A stretch of 64,000 bases of DNA from the human T2T-CHM13v2.0 reference genome, Homo sapiens: assembly GCF_009914755.1 (NCBI RefSeq), contig NC_060947.1; one strand, given 5' to 3'. The number at the start of each line of letters is the position of its first letter. Within the stretch, counting starts at the first letter, position 1. The notes beneath the pieces were generated by a model that saw only the letters and a list, made by a program, of their open reading frames with translations, searched no databases and had not been told where the DNA came from. Below are positions 26,561-39,725 of the stretch, piece after piece. The position numbers were made by a program, and so were the translations under genes.

Positions 26561-26906
26561 GTTGAGGCAGGAATTAGGTTTTTGCAAGAACTCAAAAGGA
26601 AGGCAGAACTAAGTGAGTCCACTGTGAGAGGCAGGGAGGCCCTCTGATATATGAGATGAATGCCTTCAGGTTTGACCCAAACACACAAGAATCAGCTCCG
26701 TAGAATCAAAGAAAAATCTCTCTGCCTCTTGAGGCATGTAGGATGAGGGATGGACTGGTAAGGGGAAATGGCTACAGGCCAACTCAATGGAACTGCCTTT
26801 CCACACATCTTGCTTCTCTCCTTTAGATCCTTGTGTCTTTGGGTGTCACCTTCTTTCACTAGAGAGCCACAAAAACCCAGGCTCACGCCACTCACATTAA
26901 AGGAAT

Positions 26907-27227
26907 TGAGACAGCCAAGTAAAAGGGGCTCCCCAGAGAACCTCCAGCCAGCCTTTGCACTGAGAGAAGTGTGCACTAGGGTAGAGCCTTGGAAAGTTCA
27001 AGCCATTTGCAGCGGGGAGGAGCCTGGCCTCTCCTGTTCCTGGGTGGTAAGCTGGGATTCAATCAGTGAAGCAGGAAACCTGCTAGCAGGACTCTCACTT
27101 TGCTGAGAGTCCCTGTTTCCCGTTTTTTACCTTTCTGCCCAATAAATTCCATTTTTTCCTCCCTTCTATGCGTCTGCGAGCCTAATCTTTCCTGGTCTGT
27201 GACAAGAACCCAGATTTTCCTGCAACA
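26907..27227 (+). mobile_element. ERV1 solo LTR, MER61-like
   Basis: tgagacagcc...gcaaca termini, internal AATAAA, perfect 4-bp TSD gaat (26903-26906 and 27228-27231). Confidence 0.78.
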
Positions 27228-28738
27228 GAATGAGCCAATCAGACATTGATTTATCACCACTCCCAGGGCCTTCTCGTCTTTTGTTTCCCCTTCTTGGATT
27301 ACTCTGTCCCCTGCTCCCCCTAAATCTGTTTCTCTCAGATGAAATCCAAGGACATATGCTCAGGTGTCCCAAAGTTCCCTATGGGAATTATTAAATTTGG
27401 TTCATTCTAAATTCATCATAAAAATATAATAACAGGAGGGAGGAGCCAAGATGGTCAAATAGGAACAGTTCTGGTCTGCAGCTCCCAGCAAGACTAACAC
27501 AGAAGGCAGGTGATTTCTGAATTTCCAACTGAGATACCCAGTTCATCTCATTGAGACTGGTTAGGCAGTGGATCCAATCCACAGAGGGCAAGCAGAAGCA
27601 GGGTGGGGCATCTCTTTACCCAGGAAGTGCAAGGAGCCAGGGACCTCCCTACCCAAGCCAAGGAAAGCCATGAGGGACTGTGCTACCCAGCTGATACCCA
27701 CGGTTTTTTGCAGTCTGCAGATCAGGAGATTCCCTTGCGTTCCTACACTACCAGGGCCCTGGGTTTCAAGCACAAAACTGGGCAGCTGTTTGGGCAGACA
27801 CGGAGCTAGCTGCAGAAGTATTTTTTCATACCCTAGTGGCGCCCAGAACCCCAGAGAGACAGAACCGTTCACTCTCCTGGAAAGTGGGCTGAAGCCAGGG
27901 AGCCAAGTGGTCTAGCGCAGCAGGTCCCACTCCCATGGAAGCCAGCAAGCTAAGAACCACCGGCTTGAAATTCTTGCTGCCAGCACAGCAGTCTGAAGTT
28001 GGCCTGGGACAATTGAGCTTGGTAGGGGGAGGGGCGTCCTCCATTACTGAGGCTTTAGTAGGAGGTTTTCCCCTGACAGTGCCAAGGAGGCTGTGAGGTC
28101 TGGGATGGGCGCAGCAAAGCGGCTGTGGCCAGACTGCTTCTCTAGATTCCTCCTCACTGAGCAGGGCATCTCTGAAGGGAAAGTAACAGCCCCAGTCAGG
28201 GGCTTACAGACAAAACCCCCATCTCCCTCGGACAGAGCACCTGGGGGAAGGGGCGGCTGTGGGTGCAGCTTCAGCAGATTTAATCGTTCCTGCCTGCTGG
28301 CTCTGAAGAGAGCAGCTGATCCTGACAAGAGGCATTCTGCCAGCACAGTGCACCAGCTCTGCTAAGGGACAGACTTCCTCCTTAAGTGGGCCCCTGGCCC
28401 CCAGGCCTCCTGACTGGGAGAAACCTCCCAACAGGAGTCAACAGACATCTACAGGAGAGCTCCGGCTGGCATCAGGCCAGTGCCGCTCTGGGAGGGAGCT
28501 TCCAGAGGAAGGAGCAGGCAGCAATCTTTGCTGTTCTGCAGCCTCCACTGGTGATACCCAGGCGAACAGGGTCTGGAGTGGACCTCCAGCAAACTGCAGC
28601 AGACCTGCAGAAGAGGGGCCTGTTAGGAGAAAAACTAACAAACAGAAAGCAACAACATCAATATAAAGGACCCCCCACACAAAAACCCCATCCAAAGTTC
28701 ATCAGCCTCAAAGATCAAAGGTAGATAAATCTACAAAG

Positions 28739-29440
28739 ATGAGGAAAAACAAGTGCAAAAATGCTGAAAATTCCAAACACCAGAAGGCCTCTTCTCCTGC
28801 AAATGATCGCAACTCCTCTCTAGCAAGGGCACAAAACTGGACAGAGAATGAGACCGAAGAATTGACAGAAGTAGGCTTCAGAAGCTGGGTAATAACAAAC
28901 TCCTCTGAGCTAAAGGAGCATGTTCTAACCCAATGCAAGGAAGCTATGAACCTTCAAAAAAGGCTACAGGAACTGCTAACTAGAATAACCAATTTAGACA
29001 GGAACATAAATGACCTGATAGAGCTAAAAAACACAGCACGAGAACTTCATGAAGCATACACAAGTATCAATAGCTGAATCAATCAAGCCAAAGAAAGGAT
29101 ATCAGAGACTGAAGATCAACTTACTGAAATAAGGTGTGAAGACGAGATTAGAGAAAAAATAAAGAAAAGGAATGAACAAAGCCTCCAAGAAACCCTGCAA
29201 GCCAGAAGAGAGTGGGGGCCAATATTCAACATTCTTAAAGAAAAGAATTTTCAACCCAGAATTTCATATCCAGCCAAACTAAACTTCATAGGTGAAGGAG
29301 AAATAAAATCCTTTCCAGACAAGCAAATGCTGGGGGATTTTGTCACCACCAGGCCTGCCTTACAAGAGCTCCTGAAGAAAGCACTAAATATGGAAAGGAA
29401 AAACTGGTACCAGCCACTGCAAAAACACACCAAAATATAA
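28739..29440 (+). pseudogene. L1 ORF1 remnant: one TGA at 29075-29077 and an in-frame deletion of the RRM
   Basis: MRKNKCKNAENSK...coiled coil...RNEQSLQE|TLQARREWGPIFNILKEKNFQPRISYPAKL...QKHTKI*; 702 nt in a single frame. Confidence 0.88.
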
Positions 29441-29503
29441 AGACCAATGACACTATGAAGAAACTACAACAACTAATATGTAAAATAACCAGCTGGCATC
29501 ATG

Positions 29504-32325
29504 ATGACAGGATCAAATTCACACATAACAATATTAACCTTAAATGCAAATGTGCTAAATGTCCCAATTAAAAGACACAGATGGCAAATTGGATAGAGTC
29601 AAGACCCACTGGTGTGCTGTATTCAGGAGACCCATCTAACATGCAAAGACACACATAGGCTCAAAATAAAGGGATGGAGAAATATTTACCAAGCAAATGG
29701 AAGGCAAAAAAAGAGCAGGGGTTGCAATCCTAGTCTCTGATAAAACAGACTTTAAACCAAGAAAGGTCAAAAGACACAAAGAAGGCCATTACATAATGGT
29801 AAAGGGATCAATGCAACAAGAAGAGCTAAGTATCCTAAATATATATGCACCCAACACAGGAGCACCCAGATTCATAAAGCAACTTTGTAGAGACCTACAA
29901 AAAGACTTAGACTTCCACACAATAATAGTAGGAGATTTTAACACCCCACTATCAATATTAGATAGATCAACAAGGCAGAAAATTAACAAGGATATACAGG
30001 ACTTGAACTCAGCTCTGGACCAAGTGGACCTAATAGACATCTACAGAATTCTCCACCCCAAATCAATAGAATATACATTCTTCTCAGTGCCACATAGCAC
30101 GTATTCTAAAATTGGCCATATAATTGGAAGTAATACACTCCTCAGCAAATGCAAAAGAATGGAAATCATTACAAACAGTCTCTCAGACCACAGTATAATC
30201 AAATTAGAACTCAGGATTAAGAAACTCGCTCAAAACCACAGAACTACATGGAAACTGAACAACCTGTTCCTGAATGACTACTGGGTAAATAATGAAATTC
30301 AGGCAGAAATAAACAAGTTCTTTGAAACCAATGAGAACAAAGAGACAACGTACCACAATCTCTGGAACACATCTAAAGCAGTGTTAAGAGGGAAATTTAT
30401 AGCACTAAATGCCCACAAGAGAAAGCTAGAAAGATCTAAAATAGACACCCTAACATCACAATTAAAAGAACTAGAGAAGCAACTGCAAACAAATTCAAAA
30501 GGTAGCAGAAGACAAGAAATAACTAAGATCAGAGCAGAACTGAAGGAGGTAGAGACACAAAAAACTGTTCAAAAAAATCAATGAATCGAGGAGCTGGTTT
30601 TTTGGAAAGATTAACAAAATAGATGGACCACTAGCTAGACCAGTAAAGAAGAAAAGAGAAGAATCAAATAGACACAATAAAAAATGATAAATGGAATATC
30701 ACCACTGATACCACAGAAATACAAACCACCATCAGAGAATACTACAAACACCTCTACGCAAGTAAACTAGAAAATCTAGAAGAAATGGACAAATTCCTGG
30801 ACACACACACCCTCCCAAGACTAAACCAGGAAGAAGTCGAATCCCTGAATAGACCAATAACAAGTTCTGAGATTGAGGCAGTAATTAATAGCCTACCAAC
30901 CAAAAAAAGCCCAGGACCAGAAGGATTCATGGCCGAATTCTACCAGAGGTACAAAGAGGAGCTGGTACCATTCCTTCTGAAACTATTCCAAGCAATAGAA
31001 AAAGAGGGACTTCTCCCTAACTCATTTTATGAGGTCAGCATCATCCTGATACAAAACCTGGAAGAGACACAACAAAAAAAGAAAATTTCAGGCCAGTATC
31101 CCTGATGAACATTGATGTGAAAATCCTCAATAAAATACTGGCAAACCGAATCCAGCAGCACATCAAAGAGCTTATCTACCATGATCAAGTCGGCTTCATC
31201 CCAGGGATGCAAGGCTGGTTCAACATATGCAAATCAATAAATGCAATCCATCACATAAACAGAACCAATGACAAAAACCACGATTATCTCAATAGATGCA
31301 GAAAAGGCCTTCAATAAAATTCAACATCCCTTTATACTAAAAACTCTCAATAAACTAGGTATTGATGGAACATATCTCAAAATAATAAGAGCTATTTATG
31401 ACAAACCCATAGCCAATATCATACTGAATGGGCAAAAGCTGGAAGCATTTTCTTTGAAAACCAGCGCAAGACGAGGATGCCCTCTCTCACCACTCCTATT
31501 CAACATAGTATTGGAAGTTCTGGCCAGGGCAATCAGGCAAGAGAAAGAAATAAAAGTGTTCAAATTGGAAGAAAGGAAGTCAAATTATCTCTGTTTGCAG
31601 ACGACATGATTGTATATTTAGAAAACCCCATCGTCTCAGCCCCAAAACTCCTTCAGCTGATACAAGGAACTTAAATTTATAGGAAAAAAACAAACAACCC
31701 CATCAAAAAGTGGGTGAAGGATATGAACAGGCACTTCTCAAAAGAAGACATTTATGTGGCCAATAAACATATGAAAAAAAGCTCATCATCACTGATTACT
31801 AGAGAAATGTAAATCAAAACCACAATTAGATACCATCTTATGCCAGTTAAAATGACCATTATTAAAAAGTCAGGAAACAACAGATGCTGGAGAGGTTGTG
31901 GAGAAATAGGAACGCTTTTACACTGTCGGTGGGAGTGTAAATTAGTTCAACCATTGTGGAAGACAGTGTGGCGATACCTTAAGGATCTAGAACCAGAAAT
32001 ACCATTTGACCCAGCAATCCCATTACTGGGTATATACCCAAAGGATTATAAATCATTCTACTATAAAGACACATGCACATGTAAGTTTATTGCAGCACTA
32101 TTTAGAATAGCAAAGACTTGGAACCAACCCAAATGCCCATCAATGATAGACTGGACAAAGAAAATGTGGCACATATACACCATGGAATACTATGCAGCCA
32201 TAAAAAAGGATGAGTTCATGTCCTTTGCAGGGACATGGATGAAGCTGAAAGCCATCATTCTCAGCAAACTAACACAAGAACAGAAAACCAAACACCGCAT
32301 GTTCTCACTCATAAGTAGGAGTTGA
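29504..32325 (+). pseudogene. L1 ORF2 remnant (endonuclease, partial RT, CCHC domain); frameshifted, with a ~1 kb deletion at ~31661
   Basis: EN motifs GDFNTPLS and SDH (ORF 29697-30584); RT motifs GCPLSP and FADD (31594-31605); [14 protein letters not shown] in ORF 31840-32325. Confidence 0.92.
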
Positions 32326-32558
32326 ACAATGAGAACACATGGACACAGGGAGGGGAATATTGGACACAGGGAGGGGAATATCACACACTGGGACCTTTTG
32401 GGGGGTGGGGAGAAAGGGGGGGAAGAGCATTAGCACAAATACCTAATGCATTTGGGGCTTAAAACCTAGATGACAGGTTGATAGGTGCAGCAAACCACCA
32501 TGGCACATGTATACCTATGTAACAAACCTGCATGTTCTGCACATGTATCCCAGAACTT

Positions 32559-32591
<33 letters not shown>

Positions 32592-33778
32592 GAATTGCAA
32601 AAAAAAAATGCATCTAGGATAGTACACTATTTTTTTCCTATTTTCTATTTATTTGTAATGCTTAACTAAAAATTCTTTCTAAAATGTTAAAAAAATATAT
32701 AACAACAGAGCATTTTCTAGATTACCTGGTCAACGATCATACAACCACATACTGCTATTCAAATTCAAGGTGCACATTTGCATTTCTCTTAATCATTGCA
32801 TTGGTGCCAAGTGATCTGCCTGTGTGACATGTTTGACTTTTAATACAGGATTTCTCAAACTTGGGTTAGCACAAACATCTGCAGACATAACGTTGGAATC
32901 TACAAGTCCTCAAAATTCCACTTTTCCTCATTCGTCCTCTCAGCCCTTGAGTGTTTTGTACTAGTTTATGGGATCTCTGCAGAAAAGTTTGAATGTCTAA
33001 TTAATGCCTATCAACCTAATCTCTCATATAAAGATGTTCATTTTGTTGACTGACAGACACAGTGTCTTCAGTGGGTTTTTCCTTTCATTCACTTTACTAC
33101 ATTTAGTATGTAATAAATTTTGAAAGATCATCATGGCCAGGTTTAAAGAATTGGTCATAGGGGTTGGGAATGCCACAAAAGAAGGACTAGTGAAACAGTG
33201 AGGGGTATATTGTTCTCATCTGCTCAGGAGGAAAAGGACAGAGTGAGAGGGATTGATGACGTCCTGTCATATTGATAACTGACATAGAAAGTGCTGTGAT
33301 GGGAGAAAGAATATAGATTTTGGGGTCACATGGACAGCCATGTGACTTGGCAAAATACTTGGCTTTTTCAAGTCTCAATTTCTTCATCTAAATAATGCAA
33401 ATAAAAATACTAATACATCTTCAGCAAATGGCACTACACAAAGTGGATGTACATATTTTTAAAAATAAGAACTTTGACTCCTACCTCACGTCACATGCAA
33501 AAAGTTAATTCAAGATGAATCATAGACCTAAATATAAATGCTAAAATTATAAAGCTTCTAAAATAAAGGCAGGAGAATATCTTTGTAACCATGAAGGAAG
33601 TAAAGATCTCTTAGAGAGGGCACAGAAAGCTTTAGCCATGAGACGAAAAATTGATAAATTAGACTTTATCAAAGTTAAAAACTGCTTTTCAACAGACCCT
33701 ATTAAGAGAATAAAAAGACAAGCCACATAGTGGGTGAAATATTTGCAATATATAAAACTGGAAAAGACTTACATTTTA

Positions 33779-34120
<342 letters not shown>

Positions 34121-34729
34121 TTAAAGGTAGCTTAATAAAAAATGGGGGAGACTTGGACAGACATTCATGAAAGTACCATGACTGATAAACGTATCTTTTA
34201 AAAAGATGCTCAAAAGCTTTAAGCATCAGGGAAAATGCAAATTAAAACCACAATGAGATGGCACTACACACCCACTAAGATGACTAAAATTAAAGACTCA
34301 GACATTATCAACTGTTAGCAAGGATGTGGAACAAATGGAACTCTCATATTGCTGGAAGGAGTTTAAAATGATACAACCATTTTGTGGAACCCTTTGGCAG
34401 TTTCTTAAATGGTTAAACATATACCTACCCTATGACCCAGTAATTCCATCTATAGGTATTTATGCAAGATAAATGAGAGCATATGTGCACATAAGTCTTG
34501 TAGAAAAATATCCGTAGCAGCTTTATTTATAATAGCTAAAAATGAGAAATAGCTCAAATGTCCATCAAGAGAATGGATAAACAAACTGTGGTATATTCTT
34601 ACAATGGCTTACTATTAAGCAATAAAAAAAGAACAAATTATTGATACATGTAACAACATGGACAAATTTAAAAACATGCTCAGCAAAAAAAAAAAAGACA
34701 AACACAAAAGAATTTATATTCTGTGATTC

Positions 34730-35439
34730 TGAAACCACCTTTGCAAAAATTGTAACAGTGAGAAAATCAGGACTGAAAAAGATCCGACCTAACCAACTCC
34801 ATCTTGCTTCTAACCTCCAAGCTGTTCTTGTTCGTTCCTGGACATAGGCCGAACTAACTTGGGAGGAACTTAGTTTATAGTTTAACTTTGAAATAAAGAT
34901 GTTAACAACCCTATTCTTGCCTGGGAACCAGACTGCCTTTGCAGGACTAACAAATTAGCCACAAGATTAGAAAATATGGTTTAGGAGTCATGCAGCCAGA
35001 GGCCACAAGATTCGAAACCTCCCCAGTTGCTCCTAGGGATAACATCACTACTCTAAAACCTAAGATTAATACTTGAGATATTTTTCAGGCCCTGCACTCG
35101 ATGGATCAGCTGGCACCACCCAGATCAATAAACTGGCTCATCTGGTCTTGTGGCCTCCATCCAAGTACCAACTCAGTGCAAGAAGACAGCTTCGACCCCG
35201 TGTGATTTAATCTCCAACCTGACCAATCAGCACTCCCTACTCCCTGGCCCCCTACCCACCAAATTATCCTCAAAAAAACCCAGTCTCCAAATTTTCAGGA
35301 AGACTGATTTGAGTAATAATAAAACTCTGGTCTCCCGTTCAGCCGGCTCTGCGTGAATTAAACTCTATTGTAATTCCCTTGTCTTGATAAATCGGCTCTA
35401 TCTGGGCAGTGGGCAAAATGAACCCGTTGGGCGGTTACA
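34730..35439 (+). mobile_element. ERV1 solo LTR, LTR8-like
   Basis: tgaaaccacctttgcaaaa...gggcggttaca; near-TSD attc/attg. Confidence 0.82.
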
Positions 35440-36144
35440 ATTGGATTTTTATGAAGCTCTAAAGCAGATAAAGCTAATCTGTGGTAATAGAATCAGATAA
35501 GTGGTTGCTTGGGGTTGGGGGTAGGGAGGTGTGGCTGTTACTAACCTGAAGTGGCAGGGGAGATGCTTTCTGGAGTGATTAGAAATGTTCTATATCTTGA
35601 TGAGGCAGGTTACATGCATGTGTGCATTTGTGAAACTTATGAAAGTAAACATTAAAATCAGTATATTTCATTGTAAGTAAATTACGTCTCAGTAAAATGA
35701 TCTCTTTAGCAACTCAGGTACTCTATTCAAGTAAAACTGAGTTATCTCGGTAAGGATGAATGACAGTTATCTCCCAGAGATGAATGATGCTAATGGCCTG
35801 GAGGTTTTCCTTTTGAGGTGTTGATGAAGTGGAGGACGATTCAACTGGGGCAGCAGCGGGTCGGGGGAGTTGGAGGGGGGAAGGGGGTTTCCCTCGTGTG
35901 GTAATGAAAAGCAAGCATTATTTTCCTTCAATTTTACAACATCATTTTCATGTCACATTTTCTAAACCAGCTATGTGTGCCGTTGGTTTGGCAAATGGGG
36001 TGAATAAAGTATTTCTAAGAACAAAATGAAAGGCCTGTGGTCTGTTTAGAAGTAGCCAATTGAATACTTCAAGAGGCAGAGTGAGGGTTAAGCTAAATTG
36101 CTAAACTGTGCATACTTAATTTCCGTCTTAAAAATAACACTCTC

Positions 36145-36456
36145 GGCCAGGCACGGTGGCTCACGCCTGTAATCCCAGCAGTTTGGGAGGTCCAGGTGGG
36201 TGGATCATGAGGTCAGGAGTTCGAGACCAGCCTGGCCAAGATGGTGAAACCGCATCTCTACTAAAAATACAAAAAAATTAGCCAGGCATGGTGATGGGCA
36301 CCTGTAATCCCAGCTACTTGGGAGGCTGAGGCAGAGAATTGCTTGAACCCAGGAGGCGGAGGTTGCAGTGAGCCGAGATCACGCCACTGCTCTCCAGCCT
36401 GGGCGACAGAGCTAGACTCCGTCTCAAAATTATAATAATAATAATAATAATAATAA
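36145..36456 (+). mobile_element. Alu with (taa)n tail
   Basis: Alu consensus; cactctc on both flanks. Confidence 0.92.
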
Positions 36457-36820
36457 ACCACTCTCAAAGAAGTCTTAACAGTTGCTATGGACAGATTTGC
36501 ATATTCAAAATCCCATAATGATTCCTGAAATATTGATGATTTTATATTGATATATTCTTTTTTAAAAGACTCCAAATAATTAAAATGTTTTTAGAGCAGC
36601 TGGGAACACAAAGTGAAAATAACAATTGTTTGGCTTATGGTCTTGTGATCTTGCAAAAGATCATTGAATCCTATTGAAATCATTTCATGGGTTTGATTGC
36701 GTGTTTGACAAAGTGGCAAGGTCAATGCCAATTCCAATGAACCATCTTTCTTTTATTATTGTTTTCCATATGTCCATCTAGTAAAAGTTATCCAAGGGTA
36801 CAATTTAAGGTTGAATTATA

Positions 36821-37139
36821 GCAGGAGTTGGTAAACTTTTTCTGTAAGGGTCAGACAGTTAATATTTTAGGATTTGTGGGCCATATGGTCCCTGTCACAA
36901 CTATTCAACTCTGCCATTGTGGCATGAAAAAGCACCATAGAAAATATGTAAACAAATGGGCAGTGTGCTCCAGTAAAACTTTGTTTATGGACACTGAAAT
37001 TAAATTTCATATAATCTAATGTCATCGAATTTTTAAAAATCATTTAATAATGTTAAAACGATTCTTAGCTTGAGGGCAATACATAACGAAGTGACAGGCT
37101 GGATTTGGCCAAAGAGTTGAGTAGTTTGCTAATCCCTGG
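36821..37139. mobile_element. MER58-like hAT DNA transposon
   Basis: caggagttggtaaactttttctgtaagggtcagacag...tagtttgctaatccctg termini. Confidence 0.75.
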
Positions 37140-37410
37140 ATTAGAGCACTGATATTTTCTAGCAGAGTTATTTTTACTAAGTCATTTAACTTTCCTGAGA
37201 TTTCAGTTTCTTTATCTATGCAACTGGAATTGCCAGATATACCTTAGAAGGTTGCTGAACATTAAATGAATATAATATGGAGGAGTTCTGTGTATTCTAG
37301 AAAGCACTTTAAAAATGAAATATTCGTGTTTTAAAGTATTATTATTAAATAACATTTATTGTCATAGTTAATACATCAGATATTCTTATACAGGTGATCA
37401 GCCATATTAC

Positions 37411-37930
37411 TGTTACCGGAAAGGGGGTCTGAATCCAGACCCCAAGAGAGGGTTCTTGGATCTCGCACGAGAAAGAATTCAGGGCGAGTCCATGGTGCAA
37501 AGTAAAAGCAAGTTTATTAAGAAAGTAAAGGAATAAAAAGAATGGCTACTCCATAGGCAGAGCAGCCTCGAGGGCTGCTGTTTGCCCATTGTTATGGTTA
37601 TTTTTTGATTACATGCTAAACAAGGGGTGGATTATTCATGCCTCCCCTTTTAAGATCATATAGGGTAACGTCCTGATGTTGCCATGGCATTTGTAAACTG
37701 TCATGGCGCTGGTGGGAGTGTAGGACAACCAGGGATCACTCTCATCACCATCTTGGTTTTTGTGCGTTTTGGCCGGCTTCTTTCCTGCAACCTGTTTTAT
37801 CAGCAAGGTCCTATGACCTGTATGTTGTGCTGACCTCCAGTCTCATCCTGTAACTTAAAATGCCTTATTAGCTTTATTTTACCCAGCCCCTATCCAAGAT
37901 GGAGTTGCTCTGGTTTAAACACCTCTGACA
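37411..37930 (-). mobile_element. MER41A-like solo LTR
   Basis: tgttaccggaaaggggg...cctctgaca; perfect 4-bp TSD ttac (37407-37410 and 37931-37934). Confidence 0.85.
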
Positions 37931-39454
37931 TTACCATGATCATATCATCTAGGAAATGTAATTACAAACACTGGCAATAGATAGCCTGAGGCAAAACTAC
38001 CCTAAATCAAATGAAATTTCATTTTTAACACAAGAAAGTGTGCACTATAACTCTCCATGTTCCTGTTTTCTCTCTCTCAGCTGGGTGGACAAGATCATTT
38101 AGGGAATTGAGGTCATTTAGAGAAATCAGACAAAAGTGAAGGATAGGTAAAAATTGAGTTGAATTGCTGTTTAAAATCTCTTGCTCATCAAGTTAAGCTG
38201 CAGTTTCCCTCCCCCGCTTAACCCCCTAGATCCTTTAGGAGAGAAAGGCCATCTGTTCTGAATGCTTCAGACATTTACCTGCCTCAAGGCAGGACAAGAT
38301 GATCTCTTAATGCTTTTCTTCTGTCAGTGGTAGACATGACTATTATTAACAAAAATTAAATTGCTGACCACTGATGCGATCACTGCAAGTACTGCTGCTT
38401 CTTATATAATTTCTGTTTGGGGAATATCCAAACAGAAGAGTAAACTCGTTCAAAACCTTTCATGTCTTAATTTTGAAAGAGCTAGTTTTGCAAGTCATTA
38501 GAATGTATATAGATGGAAACTTCCCAGCCTCCTTCGTTATCTTCTGTTCTTCTTAGTCCCCTGGCTAGAAAAAGCCAATACAAACCAAGTAGAGGATGAA
38601 AAATGAATTCAATCTAGAGGCTCTTCAATTTACCCAGGAGCATGTAGAGCCTTGAGCACTGTAATTTAATACTATTATGTTTGGAGGATTGCTTTTAATG
38701 AAGTAATTATTTCACACTGAATGAATAAGTAACTTTAAAATCATGTGACTCCACATTTGATATCACTACTAACCTTTTTCCTTGCCTTCCCTTTGTTTCC
38801 TTCTGTGTTCAGCTGTAGAGCCATTTAAGCCAGAATCAATAGAATGGTTTTGTGATTGAAGACGGGTCTACAGGCCTCAGTCTCCCACAATCTAGGCTGA
38901 AAAGTTTATGAAAGCCTCCAGAGAGGGTCTCTACTATTATTTGCTGCACTATGTTGGGAAAAAAACACAAAAATGAGATCTTGATTACAAATGGTTTTTT
39001 TGATTACAAATTGTTTTTTGTGGCTTTTAACAAGCCTTGCTGATATTATTTCACAATTAGACAGTGGAATAAAGCTTTTTAAATGACGTCAATTCACGCT
39101 AGCCTTAGAGCTAGCATTTTTACATATTGGCTGTAAAGTAAAGAGTTTTGATTATGCACATTTCTACTTCAGCTAACGCCTTTTATGACAAGATAATTAA
39201 TCCTACAAGTCGTAACTAGTTAGTACAGGACTGATAAGAACTGTGGGAAACACATTAAGGACATATATTTGAGATAACAGTAGATAAGGGGGTGAAACGT
39301 TTCAGACATGTGGCCGACACAGGTTTGACCGTTAATATAAACAATATCTTGTTTATTTCAGTCCCTCCCAACCTACCCTCAGACTTCCCAGGGGATCCGC
39401 TGAGCTGAAAAAAGGTACAGAAAAACTCTCAAAAAGTGTTAAAGTCTACTTCCA

Positions 39455-39725
39455 TTTACCTGAATTAAAAATATATGAAAAGAAGCCAGACACAAAAGGT
39501 AGCGTATTGATTGCCAAGGGATGGGCGGAAGATTTTGGGGGGAAATGGGAAGTGACTGCTAGTAGATACTGGGTTTCTTCTGGAGTTGATGAAAGTGTCC
39601 TAAAATTGATTGGGATGACAGTTGCATAACTCTGTGACCACAATAAAAGTATATTGAATTGTACCTTGTAAGTGGGTGAACTGTAGGCTACGTGAATTAT
39701 ATGCCAATGAGACTGTTATTAACAA
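39455..39725 (+). mobile_element. L1MB-type 3' end fragment
   Basis: aagaagccagacacaaaagg...gggtttcttctggagttgatgaaagtgtcctaaaattgat. Confidence 0.65.

Larger units (their letters stand above)
27436..32591 (+). mobile_element. L1PA7/L1PA8-like LINE-1 with intact 5' and 3' ends and two internal deletions
   Basis: Starts gagggaggagccaagatgg; ~1.3 kb 5'UTR; ORF1 and ORF2 remnants; G-rich 3'UTR; poly(A) at 32564-32591. Confidence 0.95.

Noticed and set aside
26907-27227. MER61 as a p53-responsive LTR
   Set aside because: No paired RRRCWWGYYY decamers visible in this copy.
29697-30584. 295-aa ORF as a domesticated endonuclease gene
   Set aside because: Ordinary L1 ORF2 fragment with its N-terminus frameshifted off and further frameshifts downstream.
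37411-37930. MER41 as an interferon-gamma/STAT1 enhancer
   Set aside because: The sequence runs aaaggggaggcatgaataatcc on the minus strand without the tandem TTCNNNGAA segment typical of MER41B, so it is MER41A-like. The 9402 copy is truncated before that region.
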